Program-made: the position numbers and the translations under genes
Notes under the pieces: model-generated
Seen by the model: only the letters and a program-made list of their open reading frames with translations
Databases searched by the model: none
Told to the model about the DNA's origin: nothing
In this document: positions 1 through 11,769 of the stretch, piece after piece
How the letters are laid out: each line of letters opens with the position of its first letter
How positions within the stretch are numbered: position 1 is the stretch's first letter
From: Nemertoderma westbladi
Lineage: Eukaryota; Animalia; Xenacoelomorpha
Direction: 5' to 3'
Length of the DNA: 34,704 bases
NCBI GenBank assembly: GCA_032718475.1
Contig: JAUCBJ010000835.1
Span: 1-34,704 of the forward strand

Positions 1-58
1 TGTGTGGGGCGAGCCACGAAGTGAGTGAGCCTTAGCGTAGTGGTACCATTAATCAACC

Positions 59-97
59 TGTCGTTCTGTCGTTCTGTCGTTCTGTCGTTCTGTCGTG
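59..97 (+). repeat. (TGTCGTTC)n microsatellite inside element 5' block
   Basis: About 4.5 copies of an 8-bp unit read directly. Confidence 0.9.
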
Positions 98-1024
98 TTC
101 AATTTTAAACGTTAATAACTCGGCCAATCTTTGATGAAATCTATCCAAACTTGGTACACATGTTGTTTGGCAAAAGTTTAGAAATTTTCCAAGTAGAATT
201 TCCGTGTGGCCTTCGAGAAGCTAAGATAATAGCAGTTAATTAGTTAATTAAGTTGATTGCGGTGAAAACGCCATTTTCAACCTGCCTTTTAAAGGAAATT
301 AATTGTTTTACAGTATAAGATTTAAATAATTATACTTAAAAATTATACAGATATAATCCCCATACGCCATTCTATTATAGTTTTTAATTAGTTTAAGTGA
401 TTTGCTTTAATAAATGTGTCTTTAATTGATCTAAACGTAATTAAACCGCACAATTATTGAGTACAAATTTAATCCTTCCCATTATTGGTCAAGTCTCTGC
501 TGGTGTGGAGCTAGCTGCTGGGAGTTGTGGCTCAGTAGACTAACCTGAGAGGAATTGTAATAGAGGCAACCAGTATTGCTATTCCAGCCCAATCACTGAA
601 TTGTGTTTATTATAGGCTGGACGGGCCGCATAACCGTTCGACTATTACTACTATTGCTATCTCAGTTAAATGACAGATATAATAACATAAATACAATCCA
701 TGGCATGGCTGTTGTAGGCTTCTGAAATAGTTTATTCCACAATGTATATGTCTGGTTATTTTTTAATTGAATTTTTGCAAAGTAGTAAAATTAATGTTCT
801 TAAAAATAATATTATTATTTTATATGTAACCTAGGAAATTAGCTACATTTTTTCGCTGCAGCTTTAAGAGTGTACATTGATTTAATATTATTTCAATACC
901 CATATTACTACATCGGCATAAGATGCGTTGGCGTTGTATCACACATCTCCACATATCACACATCTCCACATAGATGTATCAACAGTTACTCGCACAGTTT
1001 CGAAACTTCGCATAGTTATAACTG

Positions 1025-1316
1025 TATAAAGATCGTCAGTCTGCGTTTAGGAAAAATATTTTATGACAAAACAGGACAAGCGACGAGCGCAACGAGGCAT
1101 ATAATGAAGACGAGTACTGCGTTGACTAAATTATTATATAAACCACCTGGCTTCACATATTGATCGCATCCCTAGTTATTATTATTATAAAGATCGTCCT
1201 AGCTTGCGTTTAAGAAATATATTTAAATACAAAACAGGACGAACGCAAAGAGGCTTATAATGAAAACGAGTACTGCGTTTATTATATTCCTATAAACCAC
1301 CTGGCTTTGCATATTT
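1025..1316 (+). repeat. Diverged ~160-bp tandem duplication
   Basis: TATAAAGATCGTC...CAAAACAGGAC...ACGAGTACTGCGTT...TATAAACCACCTGGCTT occurs at ~1025 and ~1186. Confidence 0.8.
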
Positions 1317-1642
1317 AACGTGCGATTGGAAATAAGTTCGTGCTACCCTTCCGTGGGTGGTAGATGTCGCGGTTATGTATTGGTGGTTGGGAAGGGTGGG
1401 GGGGGGGATTAAAAGGGGTGAACACGTACTGTCCACCTTTCTTTGATTGATTGGTGGTGTGGGTAAATTTCTCAAAACCTGATTTTGTGATACAGTCGCT
1501 GCATTTTAATTTGTATATAATAACTAGGCCTCGTGCTGCGCGAAGTCCCCACGAACGTGTTACCTGTTTATGTTATATTTTAATGTGTACTTTCGCTGCT
1601 ATGACCGTGATGTCTCCGGACTCCGAATAATATAATTAATAT

Positions 1643-1750
1643 AAAAACGTTTCAAATTGAACACAACAGAACGACAGACACACCGATTGAGTTAGTGGTA
1701 CTTGTATGCTAACTGGCTAAGCTCGCTTACTTTCGTCGCTTGCCCCACAT
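1643..1750 (-). mobile_element. 5'-end fragment of the same HINE-like family
   Basis: CAGAACGACAGACACACCGATTGAG...TTTCGTCGCTTGCCCCACA resembles 18290-18381 and the reverse complement of 1-110. Confidence 0.65.
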
Positions 1751-2040
1751 CAAAAAGGCTCAGGCAGTACTGCAGTTGGCAGTAGCAGTAGCCTACCTCA
1801 GTAACCTACAGCCCTACTGCTGTACTGACCTACGTACGGCTGTACGGTAGACCTACAGTAAACAGTACGGCTGTACGGTGGTACCGGTAAATACTGACAT
1901 ACCTAGCTTACCACGTACCATCCTGATCCTGCCATCTAATTTCATTATTTGCGGTTCGGTCGGATAGTGTATTTGAATGTGCAGATGTGACACAGTGAGT
2001 TAGTAGCGAAGCGACCCTCCCCGTGTAACCTGATGTCAGG

Positions 2041-3570
2041 ATGTCAATCCTAGCGCTCAGAACTTCCTTACTACGTTTACACAAAAGCGGGGGAACTTCA
2101 AAAAACATTAATTTATCTCGACGACCTTCTGTTATAGTTACCATCGCATTTTCCCCGAAAGTGACAAAGTTACATTTGCGTTCCTTGAGTAACGCGTTAC
2201 AATGGTGTAGAACGTTCCACACAACGTCGAACGAATATGCTCCTAAACGAGATTATTACGAGATCCTCGGCGTAGATAAAAACGCCACAGAAAAGCAAAT
2301 AAAATCCTCCTATTTCAAATTGGCTAAGAAATACCATCCTGATGTCAACAAAGAGGATCCCAAAGCTCACGAGAAGTTTGCGGAAGCCGCAGAGGCGTAC
2401 GAAGTCCTCGGCGAAGAAGATAAACGCCGGCAGTACGACGCGGCCCGGGCTGCCGGGATGGACCCCGGCTCGGCCTCGCAGGCCGGACAGACCGGATTCC
2501 CGGAAGGCTTCCCCAGCGGCGCCGGATGGAGTTACCGCGCCCAGATGGACCCGGAAGAACTCTTCAAGAGAATATTCGGGAACCAAGGGGTTCGCGTCGA
2601 GGATCTGTTCCGGAGCGGTGCCACAGAGTCGGGGGATCTAGCGCAGGATCCCCCTGTCATCGAGTACACTATGGATATAACATTCAACGAGGCGGTGCGC
2701 GGCTGTAACAAACGGATATCGGTTCGAACGTTGGACACGTGCGCGCGATGCTCGGGCTCGATGTGCGAGCCGGGGACCCGCACCGAGCAGTGCGGCCGCT
2801 GTTCCGGGACCGGGTACGAGAGCCGGCAGACCGGCCCCTTCATGATGCGCTCGCCGTGCCGCACGTGCGCGGGTTGGGGCGTCCGCATCCCGAATCCGTG
2901 CCGCGAGTGCAGCGGCTCTGGACAGACTCGACAGACCCGTCGCATCGCGGTCGCCGTTCCCCCCGGCGTCGAGGACGGCTTCACCCTGCGCGTCGCGTAC
3001 GGCGCTAAATCCCAGGAATGTTTCGTGCGATTTCGGGTTGCTAAGAGTCGCGATTTCCGTCGTTCCGGCTCCGACATCCACTCGGACGCCGTGGTCTCCG
3101 TCGCCCAAGCCGTCCTCGGCGGGACGATTCGAATCCCCGGTGTCTACGACACGCTCACCCTGGTCGTACCACCCGGTACCAACTCACACCATCGGTTTAC
3201 CTTCCCGGGCGGCGGAGTGGCGCGTCTGGGTGGCGGAGGCGCCAAGGGCGACCATTACGTCCATCTACGGGTGGTGACCCCCCAGCCGCACGAACTGACC
3301 AGCGAGCAGCGCGCGTTGCTGTTGGTTTACGCAGAACGGGAGGTCGGGACGGCTGGGAGTGTCAACGGGATACACGATACGCAGTACGGGAAGCTCGCCT
3401 ACGACGAGGATACGGGGGTTAATAGACTCAAGGACAAGATCAAGCAGAGTTTCTTGGATGAGGGGGAGGGAAGGACAGATGGGAAGGCAGATGGGGAGGA
3501 AAAGACTGGGGATGAGGGGAGGTCGGATGGGGAAGGTAAAGAAGAAGAAAGGGGAAAGGCAGAGGGGTGA
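2041..3570 (+). CDS. DNAJA3: Mitochondrial type I DnaJ/Hsp40 co-chaperone (Tid1/DNAJA3-like), intronless CDS
   Basis: Basic, acid-free N-terminal presequence; J domain (RDYYEILGV...KKYHPDVNK...AEAYEVL); DPEELF motif; four CxxCxGxx repeats ([32 protein letters not shown]); C-terminal domain ([20 protein letters not shown]). Confidence 0.93.
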   Translation: MSILALRTSLLRLHKSGGTSKNINLSRRPSVIVTIAFSPKVTKLHLRSLSNALQWCRTFHTTSNEYAPKRDYYEILGVDKNATEKQIKSSYFKLAKKYHPDVNKEDPKAHEKFAEAAEAYEVLGEEDKRRQYDAARAAGMDPGSASQAGQTGFPEGFPSGAGWSYRAQMDPEELFKRIFGNQGVRVEDLFRSGATESGDLAQDPPVIEYTMDITFNEAVRGCNKRISVRTLDTCARCSGSMCEPGTRTEQCGRCSGTGYESRQTGPFMMRSPCRTCAGWGVRIPNPCRECSGSGQTRQTRRIAVAVPPGVEDGFTLRVAYGAKSQECFVRFRVAKSRDFRRSGSDIHSDAVVSVAQAVLGGTIRIPGVYDTLTLVVPPGTNSHHRFTFPGGGVARLGGGGAKGDHYVHLRVVTPQPHELTSEQRALLLVYAEREVGTAGSVNGIHDTQYGKLAYDEDTGVNRLKDKIKQSFLDEGEGRTDGKADGEEKTGDEGRSDGEGKEEERGKAEG

Positions 3571-3790
3571 GGGAAGGACAAAGGGAAGATAGAGGGGAGG
3601 GGGGCAAATGGGTGGGGCGGGTGGGAATGCATTGGGGTTGGGAAAGAATAAGGGAAAAGGTGGGAGAAGGTGGAAGGTAGAGGGGTGGGGAATGGGTGGG
3701 AAGACAGATAGGTGGACTAAGAATAAAGGAGAGAAGGTGTGGGGAGGCAGAGGAAGTGGTCGCGTGGGGAATAATAGGGAAGGCATTAGT
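3455..3790 (+). repeat. G/A-rich low-complexity tract spanning the DnaJ C-terminus and 3' UTR
   Basis: Strong purine skew with many GGG runs. Confidence 0.75.
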
Positions 3791-5097
3791 ACCGATTCTA
3801 TTTATAAATATACAATTACTTTGCTAAGCCGCACCGGGGGGTGTATGGGAAGGGGCTAACTGTTGCTAGGGAACGACAGACTGCGGTAACCAATCAGTTG
3901 GACGGGAGTTTTTATAAGTAATTATGTTCGCTATTTGTTAGTGGGAATTAATATTAAACAGTAATAATTATAATGAATTTGAATTGTTATTTATTTATAT
4001 ACATTCATTGCACTAATGAATTGCAACAGACGGACACGGCACTGATGAAAAAGAGTGTAAATCTTATGTATAAAGAAAAAAACGCGATATTCCTGGTGGA
4101 ATTTCTCAAATTTAAAAAAGAAATAAAAAGATTATTAAAGTAGAAAGATAACGCAGTTTAAATTCAGCGCTACATATGATATGATAATAGGCTACATATG
4201 ACGCTTTCATATGAAAATTAATATAATCGTCAAACGTTTTTATTGTGGGGCGAGCAGCAACGTGTTGATGAAATGGAACAAAACTTAGTATACAATCATG
4301 GATTCTATCAATAGTTTAGAAATTATACACACCAACTGACAACCAGACTTCTTTAGTTCCTCTTTCGGCCGCTAGGGGTGGTTAACCTAGCCTAGATATC
4401 GTCCTTCGCTGTTTCCCACACTCGTGTTTAACTTAACAAGCCGGTGCAGAAGAGTTAAAGCGGCCCAGAAAATAATGTGGAACCGATATGTCGATACTTT
4501 AATAGTTTGTGAAACAATAAAACATTCCCAACTTACCTTAACAAACAACTTCCTAATATTGAGTTCACTTGTGAGTTTGTAAATATTACTATTATTTCTT
4601 TATTACTTCCACTATTTATATTTATTATATCACTTTATTAGTTCTCTTTTGGAAACAGCTCGAGTAAAGTATCAAACAGAAGTGTGCGCGCCAATTAAGA
4701 ATACATACAAAAATCGAGATTTCAGTAAAGCTAGTACGATGAGTCCATCTATAGTTTATCGAATAGGAATTTAAAGCGGAGACTGTAATTACAAGTTGTA
4801 ATCACAAGTTTAGCCAATTTGTTTGGAATGTCCCTCCACACGAATGAAATGTTGTAGAAAAATATTATAAACCTTAATTGCGCACGCAGCAACGTAGATT
4901 TAAAATTCGCACGAGTCACACACTTTCCGAGTCACACGAGTCAAAGACATTAAAATCGCATTGTCTCGCTATATTATCTTGTTTTTTAATATGAAGACTA
5001 ATAATAATTTGTCTACAATATTATTACCTATAGACGTATTGGAAGAAAATACAGCCATTATAGCATGCAGTTGATTTTAATTTTGAAAATCGTGCGA

Positions 5098-5395
5098 ATA
5101 TCACGAGGATGGGATATCGCGCAGCACGATGTCTGTTTAGGTTAACCTTTGCGTAAGTACAATTAGTGGACCTTGTTACTCCCTCTAGCGGCCGACACAG
5201 TAAGTATATAAGTCTGTCTGTGTGTAGAATTTCTAAACTTTTGATGGACTATATGTGTACCAAGTTTGGTTCAATTTTATCCAAAATTGGTCGACTTATT
5301 CCCGTTCAAACATTTTCGACATCGACGACGAAAGACGCTCCACTAATTATGCCGCTACTCAAAGGCTCACCTAGACTTCGTGGCTCGCCCCACAT
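5098..5395 (-). mobile_element. Short (~300 bp) HINE-like copy
   Basis: ACTTCGTGGCTCGCCCCACA at 5375-5394; ATCGCGCAGCACGA at ~5116; TGTGTACCAAGTTTGG block. Confidence 0.7.
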
Positions 5396-6902
5396 ATTTT
5401 CTATGGAAGTATTATATGTCATACCCTAAACTTATTATTTGCTACATAAAAAAACTCCCTGTTAATTCTAAAGTTATTAATATCTCGTAATCGACCATAT
5501 ATGTAGTGGGAATGGGTCTGTTTTATTCTGTTCGAGTTCAGTTAATTTTCAGCCACATGCTGATTTCCTTAACACCCATACTATACTCGATAATTATAGG
5601 TAAAGTTAACAGTTAACTTCCACTGGCTGGAAGAGCACAAGATTTCATCCCGACCTGATGTGAAAGAGGTTGCATTTCTTCTGGAACCCTTCCAAAATAA
5701 GCATAGGTGAAGAAGATAACGAAGTGGTCGATTTTATTTTGAGTAACTGCAGATAATTTCTTCCATTACCACACATGAAGTGAAGAATTTGACAACATGA
5801 TCTCATTTCATCCCAGGTCAAATAGTGGAAATGATTAATATTCTTGTGGCGGCAGATCACACCTAATCGTTACCACGACAATAAAGTAAACACGGTCTAC
5901 ATTTTGTGCGTTCGCGCAGGACAAAGTAATCAAGCATAGCATACGGCTAACATTATTCAAACCGTTGACCCTCTAGATGGAGACTGGGGAACTGCTGAGT
6001 CCTCACAAGCAAATTCTATCACAGACTTTGGACAGACTACATTGTGTACCAAACCAAGTATAATTTTTCATCTATTTGCCTTCAAACATATTCCGATAGA
6101 CAACTGTTTGAAACAGCTGTTAAGCTAAATTATAGTATTTCTAGAAGAGCGCAGGTTGCTACCCCAACCCGGACTATAAGTAGATACTTTGAATTATTTC
6201 TAGAAGAGTATCCACATACTAATTTTGGCAACGTATCGTAATTTCGGTTGTACAGGAGTACGCGATCATTAAACAACGCAGGGCTATATGTTAATATAAT
6301 ATGTTAGCACAGGCTAATTCAACAATAAGATATTGTTGGCAGCAGAGTTCGTAATTATATTCACGTGTGTTGTTCGTAAATAAAATCGAGGCCCATGTAA
6401 CATTTATTTATTACAATAATCTATGTTATTCATTCACTCTATTCTAGTCTACCTAGTTTTCGAGACAATTTTTTCGGTTTCATTGTTAAACAGTATCGGT
6501 TTTTGGCATCTGACATTTTTAATGCTCCTCTTAATTATGTATATTGTATAGTACCGGTACATATATTCTATATAATTTTTCAATATTACAACTTCAGTAT
6601 AGTACGATATTCAAACAAAACTACAATATCCATTTTATAAAACCCTAAAACATCGATAGACAAGGGTTATTTATATCAATTAATCTTATTTTTTCGGGAA
6701 ACACTAGGCCTATTATTGTTGCTGCGGAATAATTTATTGTCGCCTCGGAAACTTAGGTGTAGGTCAATTATTACCACTCTCTCTTTCCATGAAGTACTCA
6801 CTCGGTACGCTCGTTTGTTAAAGAAAACAAATGACTTCCTTTATGTTTGTAGAAATAATTTCGCATTGCCAAATGGCACTGGAAGACATATTTTCCAGTA
6901 TG

Positions 6903-7524
6903 CCCCTACCCCCCACACACGGATTGGGTGTCGTTAGTTCTCCCCTACCCCACACACACGGATTGGGTGTCGTTAGTTCTCCCCTACCCCACACACACGG
7001 ATTGGGTGTCGTTAGTTCTCCCCTACCCCACACACACGGACTGGGTGTCGTTAGTTCTCCCCTACCCCACAGACACGGATTGGGTGTCGTTAGTTCTCCC
7101 CTACCCCACACACACGGATTGGGTGTGGTTAGTTCTCCCCTACCCCACACACACGGATTGGGTGTCGTTAGTTCTCCCCTACCCCACACACACGGATTTG
7201 GTGTCGTTAGTTCTCCCCTACCCCACACACACGGATTGGGTGTGGTTAGTTCTCCCCTACCCCACACACACGGATTGGGTGTGGTTAGTTCTCCCCTACC
7301 CCACACACACGGATTGGGTGTCGTTAGTTCTCCCCTACCCCACACACACGGATTGGGTGTCGTTAGTTCTCCCCTACCCCACACCAACGGATTGGGTGTC
7401 GTTAGTTCTCCCCTACCCCACACACACGGATTGGGTGTGGTTAGTTCTCCCCTACCCCACACCAACGGATTGGGTGTCGTTAGTTCTCCCATACCCCCAC
7501 ACACGGATTGGGTGTCGTTAGTTC
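6903..7524. repeat. 39-bp minisatellite, ~16 copies
   Basis: Unit CCCCTACCCCACACACACGGATTGGGTGTCGTTAGTTCT; explains the 13-aa-periodic ORFs in three frames. Confidence 0.95.
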
Positions 7525-8030
7525 TAAAGTACTTTAGTTCCAAACCGGATTCGTTAATAAATTCCAATGGGGGCGTCAGTAGTTCTAACCGTAAACGTCA
7601 TTAGTTCCAATGGAATAGTCTCTTAGTTCTAAACCAACCGCCATTTGTTCTAAACCGTATACGTCAATAGTTCTATCAAAAGGGTCAGTAGTTCTAATTA
7701 TGAACGTCATTAGTTCCAATTGAATAGCACTTAGACTTAAACATCGTATGCTCTAGTTGCTCTATCAGTTGCTCTATAACATCTTAGCAACAATTTATTA
7801 AGATATTTTACGACTTTTTGTGATTTAAAATATTACATTGCTAGCGACAGATACAGAAGGGAATGGTGTTTGGGGTTGTATTAACTAATATTAAAAAATA
7901 AAACCCAAAAGTCACTTGTTCTAATAACAAACGTCATTAGTTCCAATGAACTTTAGTTCTAAATGAAAAGGTACTTTAGTTCTAATTCAAACGTCAGTTG
8001 TTCTAATCAGGGCGTCAGTAGTTCTAAATG
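7525..8030. repeat. Degenerate ~20-bp repeats with TAGTTC(T/C)AA core (transposon subterminal-like)
   Basis: GTCA(T/G)TAGTTCTAA-like motif recurs about every 20 bp at 7520-7740 and 7915-8030. Confidence 0.65.
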
Positions 8031-8671
8031 CAATGCCAGAAATAGCTAAGTTAGTATGTCTACCAATTAAATTTAGAGGTAATTAGCAACCATGATTGAT
8101 TGTGGTTGTTCATACGTGGGTTGGATACACTTATAACTTATTACAATTGATTTAACTAAATACCCATGTACTCAGTTAAGGGATATATTTATAGAGATCA
8201 TCTTACCTTACTCCCAGCCTGGCGGTTTTTATGATATCGCAGCAACCACACGCAGCCCATTGTAATAATGTTAAAGAAATGATTGTTTAGACTGTTGAAT
8301 TAACTCTGAACTATATTTGAAAATACAGTATTACAATTGATTTCACTAAAATCATGCCCCGTCCTTAACGGAGAGATACAGGTGTCCCTGCAAGCAGGTG
8401 GTTTAATTTTTATTCGTCTAGAGACAAGAGACCCCGTCCTATCTGCCAGTAATACTGTAATTCTTAAAATGTAAATAATTTTACATAATGTTGCAAGGTA
8501 ACTTGGTTAAGTTATCTTTGGAAGTGTTCAGTCGGGAATTAAGAAGGAGCAGACGAAGTAGGAGGGGATTAATATTAGTTAATACAACCCCAAATAGTGT
8601 CACTGGCAATAAATAGTTTAAATTACAAAAAATAGTCGTGAAATATCTTAATAAATTGTTGTTAAGATGTT
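7778..8671. repeat. ~105-115 bp inverted repeat arms (7778-7894 and 8569-8671)
   Basis: AACATCTTAGCAACAATTTATTAAGATATTT...TTTGGGGTTGTATTAACTAATATTAA vs TTAATATTAGTTAATACAACCCCAAA...AAATATCTTAATAAATTGTTGTTAAGATGTT. Confidence 0.8.
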
Positions 8672-8850
8672 TAGAACAAATAGATGTTTAAGTCTCAAGT
8701 GCACGAAAAAATGCAAAGCTCGGATCTCGCAGACTCTATTATTGATATTGAGACCAGTAGATTGCCCAAAAACAATCGCATATGGCAATTACTCGGAGAA
8801 ATGAAAGATTCGAGAAATAAAGGTACTGCCCAGAAATCAATACAAAACTT

Positions 8851-9264
8851 GGTCACAAGTCCCAGATAGACCACATTCTGTTTCGTAGGAAATACAGGAG
8901 CTCTATACAAGACTGTAATGCATTTACACTTCGACCCTTCTCCAGTGATCACCGCCTTATTGTGCCCAAGATATGACTTAGTCTGCGTGCTAGCAGAACA
9001 ACGAAATCTGCCTTGCCGCGGCATGACTGGTCCTCTCTGTTGCAACAGCCAAGTGTGAGATCCAGCTTCACACTACAGCTGAGCAACAGGTATGAGGTTC
9101 TTGCCTCTGAGGCGGCAGATCACTGTGAGGGCTATACTGCCTTCACAGAAGCAGTTAAGTTAGCAGCTGCAGAAACAGTTCCTGTATACCCTCGAAATAG
9201 GAAAAGGGCCCCCTGGACCGACAACAAAATTCAGAAGTCATTCAAGCCGGCACAGCATTCTTAA
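8851..9264 (+). mobile_element. Degenerate LINE (RTE-like) APE-endonuclease C-terminus and linker fragment
   Basis: Frame reads GHKSQIDHILFRRKYRSSIQDCNAF...SSDHRLIVPKI*LSLRA...LSNRYEVL; QIDH and SDH are APE motifs; in-frame TGA at 8974-8976. Confidence 0.8.
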
Positions 9265-9685
9265 AAATGCAGCTGCAATGAAGCATGCTGATCCGAGTAG
9301 TAGAATACAAAAATAGGAACTGCAGAGTGCTAGTGTATTCATACGCAACCGAAAACAACCATCGAGAATGAAATAATTTCAAAAGAAAAATAAGCAGAAC
9401 TTTTAGTTTTAATTAGAACAATAATTGAAGTTACTGTATTTCAATTGTATTATAAGATAAAATTATAAGAAGGACAAAAAATAACATTATATTACATATT
9501 AATAGGATTAATTAAAAGTAATAAATTAGATAACAAATCCAGTCAATCGAAGTGAAAATTTAAATTAAGTACGGTAGCACATGTAGGCCTACAGTTTGTA
9601 CACATATTAAATATTATTAAATATTAATGTAGGCCTACTTTTTAAATTATTATTAAATATTTGAGTTGAGCTGTTAATGCAACTG

Positions 9686-9823
9686 TAATTAATGATGTAA
9701 TATTATGGTTTTGTTCAGAAATGGAAAAAATGAGAAAGCGCGTCACCGGGGGTTGAACCAGCGCTATACGTACGTTTCAGCCTAGCATTTCTCAACAAAA
9801 CCATAATATTACATCTTTAATTA
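9686..9823. repeat. Small hairpin/MITE-like element with 38-bp arms
   Basis: TAATTAATGATGTAATATTATGGTTTTGTTCAGAAATG (9686-9723) vs CATTTCTCAACAAAACCATAATATTACATCTTTAATTA (9786-9823), 2 mismatches. Confidence 0.75.
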
Positions 9824-10074
9824 TTATTAAAATATTATTGTACTGTGTGTCTGTGAAAATACATTCGAAATTCCTAAAAAATTCTAGAAGTTAAAATTAG
9901 TAGGTGGAGATGAGGCTTGACGATATTTCGTCACTTAATACCATCACTCAGGGACATTTTATGTACATTGTTTTTTTTGTATTTAATTAACTTTAATCTA
10001 CCAGATTATACTAATAGGTTATTATTTCATTACAATAATCAAATTTCTTCGAATTGTTATCTGCTGAACAGACG

Positions 10075-10893
10075 ATGAAGAGGGTTAATAAAACGATACA
10101 CTCTAACAATGGAGACCATAGGACCCTTGAAGAGATTGACAATCATGAACAAATTGATATTTCTAAACGAGGATATTCCGCAAACTCACAACATATGAGA
10201 GATATCATCTATGTACCTTCCCACTACATTTACATTTTAGCATTGCTGCCTTTAGGTAGTCTAATGGCATGCGTAGCTATTGCAATCACCATTCACTTCA
10301 AGGAATCCACTTCCACTCATTGTAAGGTCTCGAATTTTCTCCCTTCTCTCAGCGCCGCCGTGGGCGATGGAACTCCAGAACGCTATATATTCCGTATCTG
10401 CATCGCCTTGCACAGCTCGCCGCGTATCCTACTGGGAATCGCGTATCTCGTAACTCAGTTGAGATGCGCCCCCAGGATAAACCGATGGTGGTACAAACCG
10501 CTTTGTTGGGTTAACTTCGTCGGTTATGAAATGGAACAGAGTTGTTTGATCACTCTAACATACGTGAGTTCAAGCGAAAACTATTTCGTCCATGAAACAT
10601 CATTCAAACTGTTCATGGCCTTCTCCTATATCTACATGCTCAGCCAAATATACATCGAGAAAGTGCGGGGATGTGAAGCGGAATCCATAAAAGTAAAATT
10701 ATATATTTTCGGATGTAATTTACTCACCTTTCTTATTGCTGTTAGCTTGTTTTACTATCACATGACAATCTGCAAATCGTATATTTACTCGTATTTTGCG
10801 ATTTGCGAATACATTATAGTTTTTCTTAATATAACATTTCACTCCTACCGAGAACGTCAGTTTAAAGACATAGTTTCATGGAATTCTTCCTAG
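10075..10893 (+). CDS. PGAP2: Post-GPI attachment to proteins factor 2-like (Frag1/DRAM/Sfk1 family) membrane protein, intronless CDS
   Basis: Motifs STSTHCKVSNFLPSLSAAVG, PERYIFRICIALHSSPR, LTYVSSSENYFVHETSF, YSYFAICEY...FH; several TM segments; first ATG at 10075 (ORF track starts at TTG 10054). Confidence 0.9.
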   Translation: MKRVNKTIHSNNGDHRTLEEIDNHEQIDISKRGYSANSQHMRDIIYVPSHYIYILALLPLGSLMACVAIAITIHFKESTSTHCKVSNFLPSLSAAVGDGTPERYIFRICIALHSSPRILLGIAYLVTQLRCAPRINRWWYKPLCWVNFVGYEMEQSCLITLTYVSSSENYFVHETSFKLFMAFSYIYMLSQIYIEKVRGCEAESIKVKLYIFGCNLLTFLIAVSLFYYHMTICKSYIYSYFAICEYIIVFLNITFHSYRERQFKDIVSWNSS

Positions 10894-11769
10894 TCCTACT
10901 GGAAACTTAGCTGATTTAGAACAATAGTAATTGAAGATGAAATAAGTTCCTGTTATTTAAACTGAAATATTGTTGCACTTTACATATTAGTTAAGGTCCT
11001 GTTTAAAAAAAGCGTTACAAAAATGTGGAATTTTGTCAACGCTGCAAAACTCCGTAATACTATATACCATTAGGTAGCTTTGGTGATTAATACGAATGAA
11101 TATATAAAGCGGGTCAAGTTATAAGAACTGACAAAACACCAAATTATCAACCGAAGACAAGCGTAGTATTTCCGATACTCTATTATGGTAGAAACATTAT
11201 CTTACTGTACACATTTCTTAGCCCAAATATACAGAAAATGAATCGCATGTTACTGTAATTCTCCACAAAAATAGTCAATATAATTAATTATATACAATAT
11301 ACGATATATTTATTTAATTCACGGAAATTATAGTTAAGATTCTTTCAATTGCTAAGCCCTGGAACTCCTGCATGGATAGATAATAGATATGGAACACAAG
11401 AAAACTATTCTCCGATTCATCCTTAAATCGCCATAACAATCAACTCCGTTAATTGGAACAGCTCGCCCATTTTTAACAGCCCTAACGTCTTAACAACAAC
11501 AATTCGAAATTCTGCGTTGTTTGGTGTGCGGCTTGAAGAATGCAGATATGTATTTTTCCTTATGTTTTCAAAGTTACATATTATCGTGACGTATAGTACA
11601 TCTCATCAAAATCATGAAACACCATGTTTCCAAATGGAGATGAGATCATTCATGTGTCTTACACTACTGTATATTAATAGGAAGAATAATGAGCTATACA
11701 ATATACTGTCCATAAATGTACTTAATGCATCCCTCTAACTAACTCGAACTGTGTACAATTTGACAAGTA

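Larger units (their letters stand above)
1..1565 (+). mobile_element. Non-autonomous Helentron-derived element (HINE/DINE-1-like), family shared with other copies in window
   Basis: 5' end TGTGGGGCGAGCCACGAAGT and 3' end CGTGCTGCGCGAAG(T/G)CCCCAC recur at 11771/13030 and in reverse at 5100-5395, 17459-18382, 20497-23389; GTGGGG...CCCCAC subterminal inverted repeat, microsatellite just after 5' end, AAACTTGGTACA block, internal duplications. Class inferred from this architecture. Confidence 0.7.

Noticed and set aside
2197-3859. Many overlapping/antisense ORFs over DNAJA3
   Set aside because: Shadow ORFs from GC-rich coding sequence and the G-rich tract; no recognisable domains
4243-4265. TGTGGGGCGAGCAGCAAC resembling the HINE 5' end
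   Set aside because: Match is only ~12 bp with no downstream family blocks recognised
5560-6250. Possible degraded coding sequence
   Set aside because: No recognisable protein motif in the frames examined
6818-7604. Three long repetitive ORFs; possible CRISPR-like array
   Set aside because: Products of a 39-bp minisatellite; units are contiguous with no unique spacers and the context is eukaryotic
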